The position numbers were made by a program, and so were the translations under genes. DNA of 64,000 nt from Lama glama (Eukaryota), in the NCBI GenBank assembly GCA_028534125.1, contig CM052817.1, forward strand, positions 80,106,001 through 80,170,000, read 5' to 3'. Shown piece after piece: positions 1 through 11,511 of this stretch (positions are counted from its first letter, which is position 1; each line of letters opens with the position of its first letter). Below the pieces are notes generated by a model that was not told where the DNA came from, did no database searches, and saw only the letters and a list, made by a program, of their open reading frames with translations.

Positions 1-590
1 CTTTCTTTCTTTTTATAGTTTCCACATATAAGCAATATCATATATTTGTCTTCGACTTCACATAGTATGATAATCTCTAGGACCGTTCATGTTGCTACAA
101 ATGGAATTACTTCATTCTTTTTAAGGCTGAATAATATTCCATTATATAGACACACACACCCCCCTGCTCATCTCTCAATGGACATTAAGACAGTTTTCAT
201 GTCTTGGCTATTGTATACAGTGCTGGTATGAACACTGGGGTGCATTTGTCTTTTTGAGTTGTAGTTTTCTCAGGATACATGCCCAGGAGTGGGATTGCTG
301 GTTCATATGGTAAGTTTATTTTTAGTTTAAGGAAACTTCATACTGTCCTCCACAGTGGCTGCACCCAATTACATTCCCACCAGCAGTGTAGGAGGGTTCC
401 CTTTTCTCCACAGCCTCTTCAGCATTTATTATTTATAGATTTTTTAATGATGGCCATTCTGACTGGTGTGAGGTGATATCTCACTGTAGTTTTGATTTGC
501 ATTTCTCTAATAATTAGTGATATTAAGCATCTTTTCAAATGTGTCTGTTGGCCATCTGTATATCTTCACTGGAGAATTGTCTCTTTAACT
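1..590 (-). mobile_element. L1 (LINE-1) fragment, ORF2 C-terminus and 3' UTR, cut by the window edge
   Basis: The + strand has the antisense L1 signature 'atggccattctgactggtgtgaggtgatatctcactgtagttttgatttgcatttctctaataattagtga'. It is closely similar to the L1 copies at 50.5-50.8 kb and 57.6-57.9 kb. Confidence 0.9.
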
Positions 591-599
591 CTTCTCATT

Positions 600-830
600 T
601 TATAAGGGTTGTTTTAATAAAGTTTGTATACACTCATTTCAGTGTCAACTCCCCATCTCTGGTGATAAGAAATGTTCTCCTTTTCATGGAACAAGAAACT
701 TATGCCCTGCTTTTAGGTAGGAGCAGGAAGAGAGTCCTTCCTGCATCTGTTTTTCAACTGATCTCCAGCTCAAAATAATCAATATGCCAAAAGTGGTATA
801 TTTTGGGGTGGTATGTTCTGACTCCCTTCA
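600..830 (-). mobile_element. ERV1-class LTR fragment (MER34/MER39-like 5' end)
   Basis: The minus strand starts TGAAGGGAGTCAGAACATACCACCCCAAAATATACCACTTTTGGCATATTGATTATTTTGAGCTG, which resembles the MER34/MER39 LTR start as recalled. It abuts the L1 on its left. Confidence 0.6.
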
Positions 831-1467
831 CCAGCTACACCTGCCTTCTGTTGCTTATAACAAATGTCAACTATTATTTTTTCACCTAAAAAACTGTGTA
901 CCTTTCCAGGACAATTTGTTACATTATCTCTCTACCCCAATAGAACTTGAAATCCTAGGTAGTCTTACAGACTCTGGTCAAGTTCTGTATCTCTCATTCC
1001 CTAAATTCCTATAGTGTATCTTAACTATAATATATGATACAGCACTTAGTTATAAACAAATCCTTCACAGGACACTGTTTATGCATATATTACCAAATCT
1101 GTAGGAACAGCTGGAAACTCTATTTGAAAGTCTGTACCAATGAATCAATAATTATCTATATGACTTTCGAACAAAGTGTTGGCTGTCTTCAAATTATTAA
1201 GCAGTCTTTTGAAGTAGAGGTGAATGGAAAGTTTACGAATTGCTACAGGGGCGCCAGACCATTGACAGAGAAAACATCAGAGATGCTTTAACAACACCTT
1301 TAAAAGACTTCAAAGATGCAAACTACCTTTAAAAACCTATTGTAAGTTACATAAAGACAAATAATATTATTACTAATTAATACACACTACTGCTTTAATT
1401 TATTTTAAATTATAAGGGTTCTTTTCTATTTTTGTTTTTCTGGAAAATCTAGGAATTTTCTTCACCT

Positions 1468-1653
1468 TGCTTCTCAAAGGGTAGTTCTAGGGCCAGCATA
1501 TTAGCAGCTGCAGCAGCAGAGAACTTATTAGAAGTACAATTCTCAAGCCCCTCCCCAGACCAACTCAATTAGAAACTCTTGGGACCGAGGCACAGCAATC
1601 TGGTTTAACAAGCCCTCCAGGTGATTCTGATACACTCTACAATTTGAGAACTG
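1468..1653. mobile_element. MER5A-like hAT-Charlie non-autonomous DNA transposon
   Basis: Termini are 'cttctcaaag...' and '...tttgagaactg'. The interior has the typical 'cagcaatctggtttaacaagccctccaggtgattctgat'. Length is about 185 bp. Confidence 0.75.
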
Positions 1654-2188
1654 TCTTAACCTAAAGCAAGTATTCTCTCAAGACTATGTTTCTGAAGCTA
1701 ACCAGTGACTTCAAAACTCTGTATTTAAATTATGCTATTTTAAACAACTGTTTGGCACACTGACTTAATGTAGATATCTTTAAGATGTTCAAAATCACTG
1801 AAAAACTGGTTTGCTTTACCTAAAATTCAACTTAAATGCTATCTTTTATTTTACTAATTCATATAATTAGTATTAATATGTTTTACCATAATGAAATGAA
1901 TTAATTTAGTGTAACTATGTCAGTAGTGACGTTCAAATATCTTGGGTAAAACATGTTCAAACATATCCTTTGGAAAACCACACACTAAACTTGCTTGTTC
2001 TCTAGGCTGCCCTCTGCTGATTCATAAGGCAAACTTCATCTAATTAAAGTGCTAAGCTACAGTTTCAAGGAGGATAATTATTTAATCAAATTATTCATTC
2101 CACGTGAATAAACTATCACTCAGCTGTAATAAGAAATTGGGTAACCCTCTAAAAAGTTAATTTTGATCATCATTAGTTTGAAACTGAC

Positions 2189-2392
2189 CTGCAACTCCCA
2201 CTTGATGTGTAGCGTAGCCTGGTAGTCTGCTGGGCCCCTCTCCCAGCCACAGGGTCAGTGTGGATGCATCCGATTCTGCGTGGTGAAAGCAGAAGCCCAG
2301 GGAAGCGGCAGGGGCAATAAAGCGGCTTTGGAGGATGGGAATGTGCAGCCATACGGCTACTCTACCTTCTGATCTCCATTTCTGTACTGCAG
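2189..2392 (-). CDS. NUDT6: NUDT6 coding exon 2 (204 nt, phase 1/1)
   Basis: Acceptor is ttttag|CTGCAGTA and donor is GCAG|gtcagt. It translates as (A)[67 protein letters not shown](G), matching the NUDT6 pre-Nudix domain. It is not in the ORF track. Confidence 0.96.
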
Positions 2393-3334
2393 CTAAAACG
2401 GAGGGGAAAAAATAAATCTGTAAATATTTTCCAGTGACAGGAGTGGAGTAAATTAAAACTCATCTCTGGCTGTCCCCTCTCCAGGAAGCCATGTTTAAGC
2501 TCCAAGTCCCTCACTAGTTACACTAGTTAGCTCTCTTTGGCGGCGGGGGGGGGGGGGTCCCAAAATGTCCTGTTCACATACACCAGCAGCATGGGAACTG
2601 TTTTATTACATTTAAATGTTCTATGATAATTACTACCCTGTTTATATGATTTTTCTACCAGGTTAATGTGATGATCTTTATATTCATATCATCTGACAAT
2701 ACTTGGCACATAACTGGTGCTCAATAATTGCAGAATGAACAAATAAACTGATTTAAATAAAATACCATTTCAGTGCTGTTCCTTTTAACTGTAGTTTCAA
2801 CCTTTGTAAGTGACCATTATGGGCTTCTATTTACTCTTAAGAGTCCTGTTACATCTCTCTCTCTATATATATACACACATATTTTTTGTTTATACATTTC
2901 AAGGTGGTTAAAAGTATAAATTTGTTTTTAAAATAATGTATGGTAGTTCTAGAAAATTTTGAAAATAAAGTATAAGGAAATTAAAAATTCACATTAGCAC
3001 ACTGATAAAATTTTAAATTTTGATATTTTCCCATGAATAATTTTGGAATTGACATCATATGATTATAGTTACAAAATAATTTACAGTATATTTTTAAACT
3101 ACATATTATATTGTAAATATTTTGCTGTCATTAAAATTCTTAAATGAACATTCATAATGACTGCATAATTTTCCTTATATAGGTATACCATAAGCTACTT
3201 AACCAACCTACTCTTATGTATTTAGATTGTTTCTAATTTTTCTTTAGAATAAATACCACGATGAACATGAAGATAGTCTTTCTGTCTTTGACTTTAAATT
3301 CTCTTACTTTATTACTTAAGATTGAGCCAGGGAA

Positions 3335-3455
3335 AAAAGATGCTAACATTTATCTGTTCCTTAGTATATTCCAGACACTTTAGATACACTTCATTAAGTT
3401 CTCACAACATGAAAGGCAGGTATTATCACCCTTAATTTATAGGTGAAGAAATAAA
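3335..3455 (-). mobile_element. MIR SINE fragment
   Basis: MIR core-like sequence 'ctcacaacatgaaaggcaggtattatcacccttaatttataggtgaagaaa'. Confidence 0.55.
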
Positions 3456-4659
3456 TGCTTCACAGTTTTGGGAAAACTTTTCAGACTACTTTTTTTATCC
3501 ACCATCTCACTTAATCTTTACAATAATCCTGTAAAGTACGTGTGGAGAGGGAAAGACTTGATTATTTAATGGGTAGATTCCTTTCCTTTCTCTTCTACAG
3601 CCTCTGCAGTAACTTTCCCTGTTCCCTACCTCTCTGAAAGTTAGTGCGCCTAACACAGTGACAGACAACTCCAGAGCCTTAGCTTAACAGACTTCTTGAT
3701 TTGGGGCTATGGTGTCCCCCTCAAATCCTTCTCACCTCCATCTTTCTCTAATTAAATCTTTTTGAAATTAACACAGAATTACATAAAGTGAAACAAACAA
3801 ATCTTAAGTGAACATCTGATGAGTTTTGACACATGCAGATACCTGTGTAACCCACAGTCGAGACTGTAGAACATTTCTGTCACCCCAGAAAGTTCCCACG
3901 TCCTCCTTCCCCAATCATTCCAATCAAATGAAAAAGCTGAGGTGCTGAATGTACAGTCACTTGTTCACTATTTTTAATCTTACACTCTGACTTGGAGAAC
4001 ATCCACTTCCACTGCTTCAGCCAACAACTATACAAGGACAGTTGCCCGGTCCTGACCTTACTGAACACTGAAGTTTTCTGCTTTCCAGCTGCTCTCATCT
4101 CATACATTTCCTGAAGGCTGCTATGTCAAACTTCACACCCATGTTCAAAACTGACTCCTACACCATCCACCCCAAATTAGTTTTATTTACAGGCATATTT
4201 CTGGCTCCAATACCTGAAGTTTAAGAATCATTTTTTTTAATCCTTTTTTTCTCTAATAAACTTCAATGCTTTTTCCTCCTCTATCCCTAATCTCTTATCT
4301 CTCAAAGTGAGCTCACACACCACCTCTTTGACATTAACCTTTCTTCACCTGCTCTCCATATGTGAACCTAAGGACTACTCTTTATGCAGATATGTGAAGC
4401 TGAACAACATATTGCCTGTTCATCTATCTAACTTTAGTTATTAGTTACAGAAACAGTAAAAGAATAGACTTCACATCTAAAGGTGCATAACATCTATTGC
4501 TAATACATCAGTACAATTACTTAAAAAGAAAGATTTAGACTTCCTATTAGACTTTCTTCTCAGATGATTTCAGTTTCTTTTTATAGGTGATACCATTCAG
4601 TTTTGTTTGACTCAGTAACAAAAAAATTAGCAATAGCTCTTTTAATGCAGTAAGAACAG

Positions 4660-4805
4660 CTTCCAGAACCAGGGGAAGTTAATCTGTCTCTTAGTACCAT
4701 CATCTTTGAAATGAGGATAATTTTAGTACCTACCTCACAGGCTGTTATGAGGATTAAATGAGTCAATATTTGTGAAGTTCTTAAAACAGTATATAGCACT
4801 TAGTG
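4660..4805 (+). mobile_element. MIR SINE fragment
   Basis: 'catctttgaaatgaggataattttagtacctacctcacaggctgttatgaggattaaatgag' is the MIR core. Confidence 0.7.
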
Positions 4806-5769
4806 CAAAATAATTTAAGGAGATATAAAAAGTATAAGGTATTTCAGAGTTTACAAACTAGTTTCATGTAATTTATTCCTGATCACATCCATCCAGTGAA
4901 GTAATTAGAGCTGGCATTATTCACATAAGCAACCTGAGGCAAATATTTTCAGTGATTTGCCTAATGCCTGGCTAACCACGTGGCAGAACCTGGGAGATTT
5001 CAAGCTCAACCCACTTTCTGCTTCGCCTTCTTGACTTAGGTAGTGTTTTGACAACGTGTTTGATCCAGTAACAAGTGACAAGTGTGCAATAAATACCCGC
5101 GTCTACCCACACATATATACACATATTAGAGGCTGAACATTGATTTGATTCTCTTACTGGTAATACTGCTAAAGTTAGCAATTGTTCACAAGTAGGAGAG
5201 AAATTAACGTGAAGAAGTAATTAGCTTAGAAATACGGGTAATTAAAGATTGAAATAACTAGCTCAATTATATTTCCACAGATGCTCACTTGCCACACTGC
5301 TCCATAGGATAAAGATTATTTGAAGTTTCCTGTTAGTGTGAGAGGATCTTTCCATGGCTAAATTCCATGCTCTAACCTTGAATTTGGTTATAAGGACTCT
5401 CAAGGCCAGTTTGAAAAACAGGCTGTTCCACCAGATCAAAGGCTCTCAAAGTGAAGGCTCCTCCTTCCAAGTTTACTTTCTTATCATTGGGCTCAAGGTT
5501 CAAATAGAGGAGTGAGTTTTCCTATTGAAGACTGAAACCACTCACCAATCTCCCTGGTTAATCATAAAATGCTTGCTGGTCTCTAAGAAGAAGCAAACTC
5601 TCTAGTTCTCAGCGCCACAGCTCCTGACCCGACTTGTGTACAAATACGACCACTCAGAACCTCTGGCCCACCCACTGCCCACCACCTGTATTAGAAAGTG
5701 AGATAGTTCTGTCTTTGGCAAAGTGCCCAGCAGAACCAAGGCTTAGTAAGTGATAGTAAATTATAATAT

Positions 5770-5935
5770 ACTATTAACAAACATATACTAAGCGTTAAAC
5801 ATATAGCAGATACCGTCCTAGGCACTTTTATACGCCTTATACAACTTATCCCTTAGCAATTCCGCTAGTTCCTATTACCTGGTTTTACGGATGAGAAAAA
5901 TGCTGGTTTACACAACTTGCCCAAGGCCACACTAG
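5770..5935 (-). mobile_element. MIR SINE fragment
   Basis: MIR-like sequence 'ctaggcacttttata...ttttacggatgagaaaaatg...aacttgcccaaggccacac'. Confidence 0.6.
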
Positions 5936-6189
5936 AAAGAGGACCAGAAACGAGGGCTGCCGACCCCAAAGCTTGAGCTCGTCACCATTTCACCCAACCG
6001 CCTCAGAGACCTCCCAGTAAAAAGCACAAAAATGAAAGGCAGAAAACGCGTGCGGGTCGCGCGTGCCCTCTCCCCTTCCCTCTGGACTCGGTAGTTGACG
6101 GGTTTAGGGCGCGACTCGGGGGTGGGGGCCACGGTTACTTCAACAGAAAGGCTCAGGAGCCCGAGGAGCCTCGGTCCAGCCGCACTTGC

Positions 6190-6418
6190 CCTGCAAGGCC
6201 CTCTTGAAGGCGGCGGGGTCCAGGTGGTCCAGCGCGTTCAGCCGCACCGAGACGCCCCCGAATCGGTCCAGCTCGCCCGGCAGCTCGCCGGCTCCGGCCG
6301 GGGGATCCTGCGCGTTACCCGGGCCGTCCGAGGCCCAGCGGGATCCCGCCAAGAGCACCGCGCGGCGGGCCCGGGCCAGCACCGCGCGCCAGCAGCTCCC
6401 GCTTCGCAGCGGCTGCAT
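6190..6418 (-). CDS. NUDT6: NUDT6 coding exon 1 (229 nt; ATG at 6418; GC donor)
   Basis: Translates as MQPLRSGSCWRAVLARARR...GELDRFGGVSVRLNALDHLDPAAFKRALQ, with an Arg-rich presequence-like N-terminus and the conserved GELDRFGG motif. It joins exon 2 in frame (G+CT=Ala) only through the donor CAGG|gcaagt. Confidence 0.93.
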
Positions 6419-6895
6419 CTGCACACCCGCCCTCGTGGCCCCACCCGCCGCGAGCCTCTTAAGCACCTACGCCGTGCGCCCTGGAACAGAGGACGCTACC
6501 GTAAGTTTTAGAAGAGTACCACCCAACCCTTATCAGAGTTGAGCCACGGTTACCACTTTGCAGCGCTAGGCAGAGGAGACGGCTGAGTCTTGTCGACTGG
6601 CTCCTCTCAGGAATTTGCCCGGCTCCAGGAAAGCGGGGAGAAACTTTCCCACGACTCCCCTTCCCCCACCCGGTTTAATTCAACAGACGTTTGTTCAGGG
6701 ATAAGGAGGGCGGCAGAGATAGGAAAAAGTCCTGTTTTTCAGGAATTTACAATCTAAATGACGGTCTGTCCACCTAAGCCTTCTTCCATGGCAGAAATCA
6801 ACGACGGCGGATTCTGAAGACGCGCAGTTCGCCGGCTTCAATTGCGCTCCACTCAGGGGATTACGGCGCGGGACGGAGCCTCGCTGCCTTCTGCC

Positions 6896-6903
6896 CCGGA
6901 AGT
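6896..6903 (+). promoter_or_regulatory. ETS/GABPA motif CCGGAAGT
   Basis: Exact consensus match about 70 bp upstream of the SPATA5 ATG. This motif is characteristic of bidirectional housekeeping promoters. Confidence 0.65.
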
Positions 6904-6971
6904 TTTTCTCTCAGAGATGCGTGCACGTTGAGCCGGCTTTACCGCTGCTTCTCTTGGGCTGCCTTCCGATC

Positions 6972-7119
6972 ATGTCTTCCAAGAAGAACAGAAAACGGCA
7001 GAACCAAAGCGCCGAGAGCGGTTCGCCCTCGCCCTCCGCTGCTTCCGTACCTGCGGGGTCCAAGGCTTCTCCTGCCGTTGCGGCCGGAACTCTGGTGGTG
7101 ATCAACTTCTTAGAAAAGG
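6972..7119 (+). CDS. SPATA5: SPATA5/AFG2A coding exon 1 (148 nt)
   Basis: Translates as MSSKKNRKRQNQSAESGS...GTLVVINFLEK. ATG context is atcATG and the donor is AAGG|gtaaag. Confidence 0.95.
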
Positions 7120-7211
7120 GTAAAGAGTTCTAAGGGGGAGACTCGAGGCCGATGGCGCGCAGCCTGAGGGGACGAAAACCTAGCGATTCTGCCTTGAGGT
7201 GCAGAGGTTTT

Positions 7212-7372
7212 GTTTGTTTTAAATTTTATTTTATTGAGTTATAGTCAGTTTACAGTGTTGTGTCAATTTCCAGTGTGGAGCACAGTTTTTCAGTCATACG
7301 TGAACATACATATATTGTCTCATTCTTTTTCACCGTAAGCTACTATAAGATCTTGTATATATTTCCGTGCTA
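7212..7372 (-). mobile_element. Short, young 5'-truncated L1 (3' end only) with 12-bp target-site duplication
   Basis: Same 3' UTR family as 50000-50160. It is flanked by TGCAGAGGTTTT at 7200-7211 and 7373-7384. Confidence 0.85.
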
Positions 7373-7849
7373 TGCAGAGGTTTTTAAAAGTTGGGCGAGG
7401 CCGAGGTGTGAAAGCGGTACAGAAGTGTGTAAGACACCCCAAGCCACGCTTGCTCTGGAGAAGTTAGGCAGGAATGACTTCTCCGTGGCTAAGTCCAGCT
7501 GGCTCTTTTGTAAATTTCTTTGAATTTCTAAGTTGTACTTGAAACGACGTTGCTGTATTTAAGATTAACGGCATATTTAACTGCAAAACCACTCATTTCT
7601 ACCGAGCATAGTAAACGTATACTAAAAAACTAAATTCCCAGTTTGGTAACGATGTGGATGCGGTCTTAAGAGACATCAGTGTGCCTTTAAGAATGAAAGG
7701 TGGCCTTTTCCCTACTACACAGGTTCTAGTAGTTAGTAACTGCTCTTAATTGCACACAGGTGTGAGCAGGAGATTATGTCACAAACGTATCTCATTTAAT
7801 CTTTTTATATGTCATCAAATTTTCTTAGTTTGTCTCCCTCTTTTTGATG

Positions 7850-8066
7850 GTACTTCATCAGTTTCCTTTGCAAGCTCACCCTCTGTTACCTGTCAAATGT
7901 AGAAGTTCCTTAATTCTTAGTCTTAAACCCTCTTTTTCTCTCTGTAAATCTTCTTTCTTATGCAAGTTCATCCAATGCCCAAAGTTTCCCATTTGGACAA
8001 TTATTATTTTTTATTTGTATTTGTAATTTATGTTGTTTACAAGTCTGATTTAATTGTCTTCCAGAC
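7850..8066 (+). mobile_element. L2 LINE fragment (left part of an interrupted L2)
   Basis: 'aaatgtagaagttccttaattcttagtcttaaaccctctttttctctct' resembles the L2 RT region. It appears to continue at 9721. Confidence 0.5.
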
Positions 8067-9720
8067 CAGTGCTCCTCAAACTCTAGAGAAATTGTAAAAT
8101 CTATGACATGTCACAAACCAGGGCTGTTGTAAAGTACAGTAAAAATAAATTACTGGGAAAATAAGTTTAAAAAATAGAAATCTATTTTAGATTTAACAGG
8201 TATAAAATTACTCTCAAATGGTAGTTAAAAGCTTCTAAATGCATTTTCTCATTTTTTGTACTCACCTCGTGAACATTAACAAATAGTTCGTGGACCACAC
8301 TTTTTTTTCTTTTAATTGAAATGTAGTTGATGAACAATATTGTATTAGTTTCATGTGTACAACGTAGTGATTCACTTTTAGATACATTACAAAGTGGTTA
8401 CCACGATAAGTCTAGTAACCGTCTGTCACCATACAAAGTTTTTACAGTATTATTGACTCTGTTCCTTATGCTGTACGTTACATCTCTGTGACTTACTTTA
8501 TAACTGGAAGTTTATACCTCTTAATCCCCTTCACCTGTTTTACCCAACCCCCTCATCCTTCTCCCATCTGGCAACTATCCCGTTGTTCTTTGTATCTATG
8601 AGTTTGTTTCTATTTATTTTTGGTTTTTTGATTCTACATATAAGTGAAATCATATAATTGTTTGTCTTTCTTTGACATTTCACTTAGTGTAATACTCTCT
8701 AGATCCATTCATATTGTTGCTAATGGAAATATTTCATTGTTTTTATGGCTGAGTAATATTCCATTATTTTATATATATTTTACACATGTATAGAATATGT
8801 ACACACATATAAAAGTTCTTTACATATTTTGGATATTAATCTCTTATCAGAAATATCATTTGCAGATATTTTCTCTCATTCAGTGCTGCCTTTTTATTTG
8901 GTTGATGATTTCCTTTGCTGTGCAAAAGCTTTTTAATTTGATGTAGTCTCATTTATTAATTTTTGCTTTTGTTGCCCTTGCCTCAGGAGACAGATCAAAA
9001 AAATATTGCTAGTACCAACTTCAAAGAGTTTATTTACTGCCTGTGTTTCCTTCTAGTTTTATGGTTTCAGATCTTACATTTAAGTCTTTAATCCATTTTA
9101 TTTCAGTACATGTTGTAAGGAAGTGATGCAATTTGATTCTTCTGCATGTAGCTGTACATCACCATTTATTGAAATGTACAACACCATTTATTGAAGATGC
9201 TGTCTTTTCTACATTACATATTCTTGACTCCTTTATCATCAATTAATTGATGTTGATGAACCCATAGAGATGTGGGTTTATTTCTGGGCTCTCTATTCTG
9301 TTTGATCGATCTTTCTGTTTCTGTGCCAGTACCATAATGTGTTAATTACTATAACTTTGCAGTATACCTCCAGTTTTGCTTTTCTTTCTCAAGATTGCTT
9401 TGGCTATTTGGGGTCTTTTATGGTTCCATACATATTTTAGGATTATTAGTTCCAGTTCTTTGAAAAATGCCATTGGTATTTTGATAGGGGTTGAGTTGAT
9501 TTGCTTTGGGTAGTATGGATGTTAACAATATTAATTCTTCCAGTCCATAAGCACAGGATATCTTTCCATTTATTTGTGTCATTTTCAATTTCTTTCATCA
9601 GAGTCTTATAGTTTTTCACCCCCTTGGCTAAATTTATTCCTAGGTATTTTATTATATTTGATGCAATTGTTAGTGGGATTGCTTTCTTAATTTGTGGCCC
9701 ACACTTTGAGTACAGCACTG
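8067..9720. mobile_element. hAT-Charlie DNA element split by an L1 insertion
   Basis: The left terminus CAGTGCTCCTCAAA (8067) and right terminus TTTGAGTACAGCACTG (ending 9720) are inverted repeats. The interval 8304-9693 is L1. Confidence 0.65.
8304..9693 (-). mobile_element. 5'-truncated L1 with internal deletion
   Basis: T-tract at the left end. ORF 9446..9718 has ORF2 peptides (IKYLGINL...[16 protein letters not shown]). The duplication is GTGGACCACACTTT (8290-8303) / GTGGCCCACACTTT (9694-9707). Confidence 0.9.
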
Positions 9721-10605
9721 TGCTATACCTCTTCTTTTGGATTTTTCAAAGGTACTTCAAGACTGACCTCATGAATTCGTATTTCTTCCAACAAAACAAA
9801 CTCAAGCTCTGTTCAGTTTTTCCCGTTGTAAAATTTAGAAGCCTAAGATTCATTCATAACACCTCACATTATCAAGTCCACCACCAAGTCCTGTTTGCTA
9901 CCAGAACACTTCCCACATTCCACCTCTGCACTCCGTTCCCACTGCTTTAGCCTTAATCTCAGACACTATCCTCCCTCACCTGGACTACTGCACCAGCTGC
10001 TTCATTCCAATTCCTTTTCCACTCTGCAGGCAGAATGATCTTCTAAAATGAAAATCTTTTTGACCCTGCTTTTCACCAGTAACTCGATTCCAGTTGCCAT
10101 CATATTAAAGACCAGGAGCTTGATATAGCCCACTGCTCCGGGTGGTCCTGACCTTCCATGCATGGCTCCTTCTTGCCCCCACCACTCTGCCTGTACTTTT
10201 TCCTTCAGATGCACAGTGCTCTCTTCTGTCAAGGATCTCTGCACATCCCATTTTCTTTTGCTGAGAATTGTCTTTTCCCCCCTTCATTTGGTTAATTTTA
10301 CTCTTCCTTCAGATCTGAATTGAAACATTATTCCTTGGAGAAGCAGTCTTTGATTCTTCCAAATTAGATCAGACCCCTCATTAGAGACTCTCCTAGCACT
10401 TCTAGTTGTTCTTGCATTGCATTAATCTTAGTTTATAATTACACAGTTATTTAGTGACTGTTCAATAACTCTCTCATCCTATTAAGTTATAAACTCTGTG
10501 AGGCTAAGGACTGTGTCTCCTTTTGTTCACCTTGTATCCCCCATGCCTAGCATAGTGTCTCCTATAAAGTGGGCACATGGTAAGTGTTTGCTGAATGAAC
10601 AGATG
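9721..10605 (+). mobile_element. L2 LINE 3' portion
   Basis: L2 motifs 'cacctggactactgca', 'cagaatgatcttctaaaatgaaaatct' and the 3' end 'cctagcatagtgtct...tgtttgctgaatgaac'. Confidence 0.75.
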
Positions 10606-11511
10606 AAGGGTGGGTGGCTGTTTGAAATTACTATCTCAGTTAATCTGGCACATAAGATGCTCAATAAATGTGAATTCAGTTAATGGGGAAGTGGATGTAG
10701 AGATACTTTTTTTTAAGTATTGGAGGATTGAGGACTGGTGAAGGGAGTTGTATGGAGGTCAGCTTGAGTAGATTTGGATGCTGAAACAGAGAGTACAATA
10801 GAAATGTATTAGGAAATAAGGTTAGTGGTTGGGAATTTAAACACGATCTCCATTGGTGATAGGAAGTGAAGGTATTTAGATAAGTCTCTGATTTGTCACA
10901 TCTTGGTACATGGTGAATGTGCAGAATAGGATGGAGGGAAGAGAGGAAGAAAATGTAGAATCTTGTCAAGGACTGAGTACACCTGCAAGGTAATTATCAA
11001 GAGAGAAGGGTAATTCACTGAGGTTTCATTCATTAGGAAGAAAGAAGTGGCAGAAACTGAACATTATAGGTTACCAAGCAGGACGCTCTGCTGTTGTTGA
11101 TAAGAGTAAATTGTGTAAGACACTTGGGGCTCACAGGAAAGTTGAATTTCTTTTCAGACTCTCATGTTATAAAAATGCTTATTTTATACTCAGTACTGTT
11201 AATCTTAGCCCTGGAAGATGTTTTGTTTTTCTAGATTTGTTTATCTGACGACAGGAGGAAAATAAATGTGTTGAGAAGTTATTTTTTAGTAGCAGAGAAT
11301 GATGTAAATCAGATATACCTTACGGTTTTGCTTCTATTAACTTAGTTCATTTTTAATTGCAAAAGATCTGTTTTTCGGATTACAAAAGAACTCTAATACT
11401 AGTTAGAGCTTTGTGATTATGGTATATGTGGTTATAATTTTATAATAAAGTTTATGATAGCATCATAAGTATTGCATGGATTTTGTGCTGAAAAAATAAA
11501 TACTGTGTACT

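Larger units (their letters stand above)
5950..7190. promoter_or_regulatory. CpG island with bidirectional promoter shared by NUDT6 and SPATA5
   Basis: This is the only CpG/GC-rich stretch in the window. The divergent ATGs are at 6418 (-) and 6972 (+). Boundaries were estimated by eye. Confidence 0.9.

Noticed and set aside
2512..2557. CACTAGTTA tandem pair and G13 run in NUDT6 intron 1
   Set aside because: These are ordinary slippage-type features with no evidence of function.
6095..6542. Plus-strand ORFs of 138 and 118 aa antisense to NUDT6 exon 1
   Set aside because: Stop-poor GC-rich sequence gives such frames by chance. They have no recognisable domain and no good start.
6610..6650. 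NF-kB-like sites in the promoter (GGAATTTGCCC, GAAACTTTCCC)
   Set aside because: The matches to the consensus are imperfect and cannot be supported from sequence alone.
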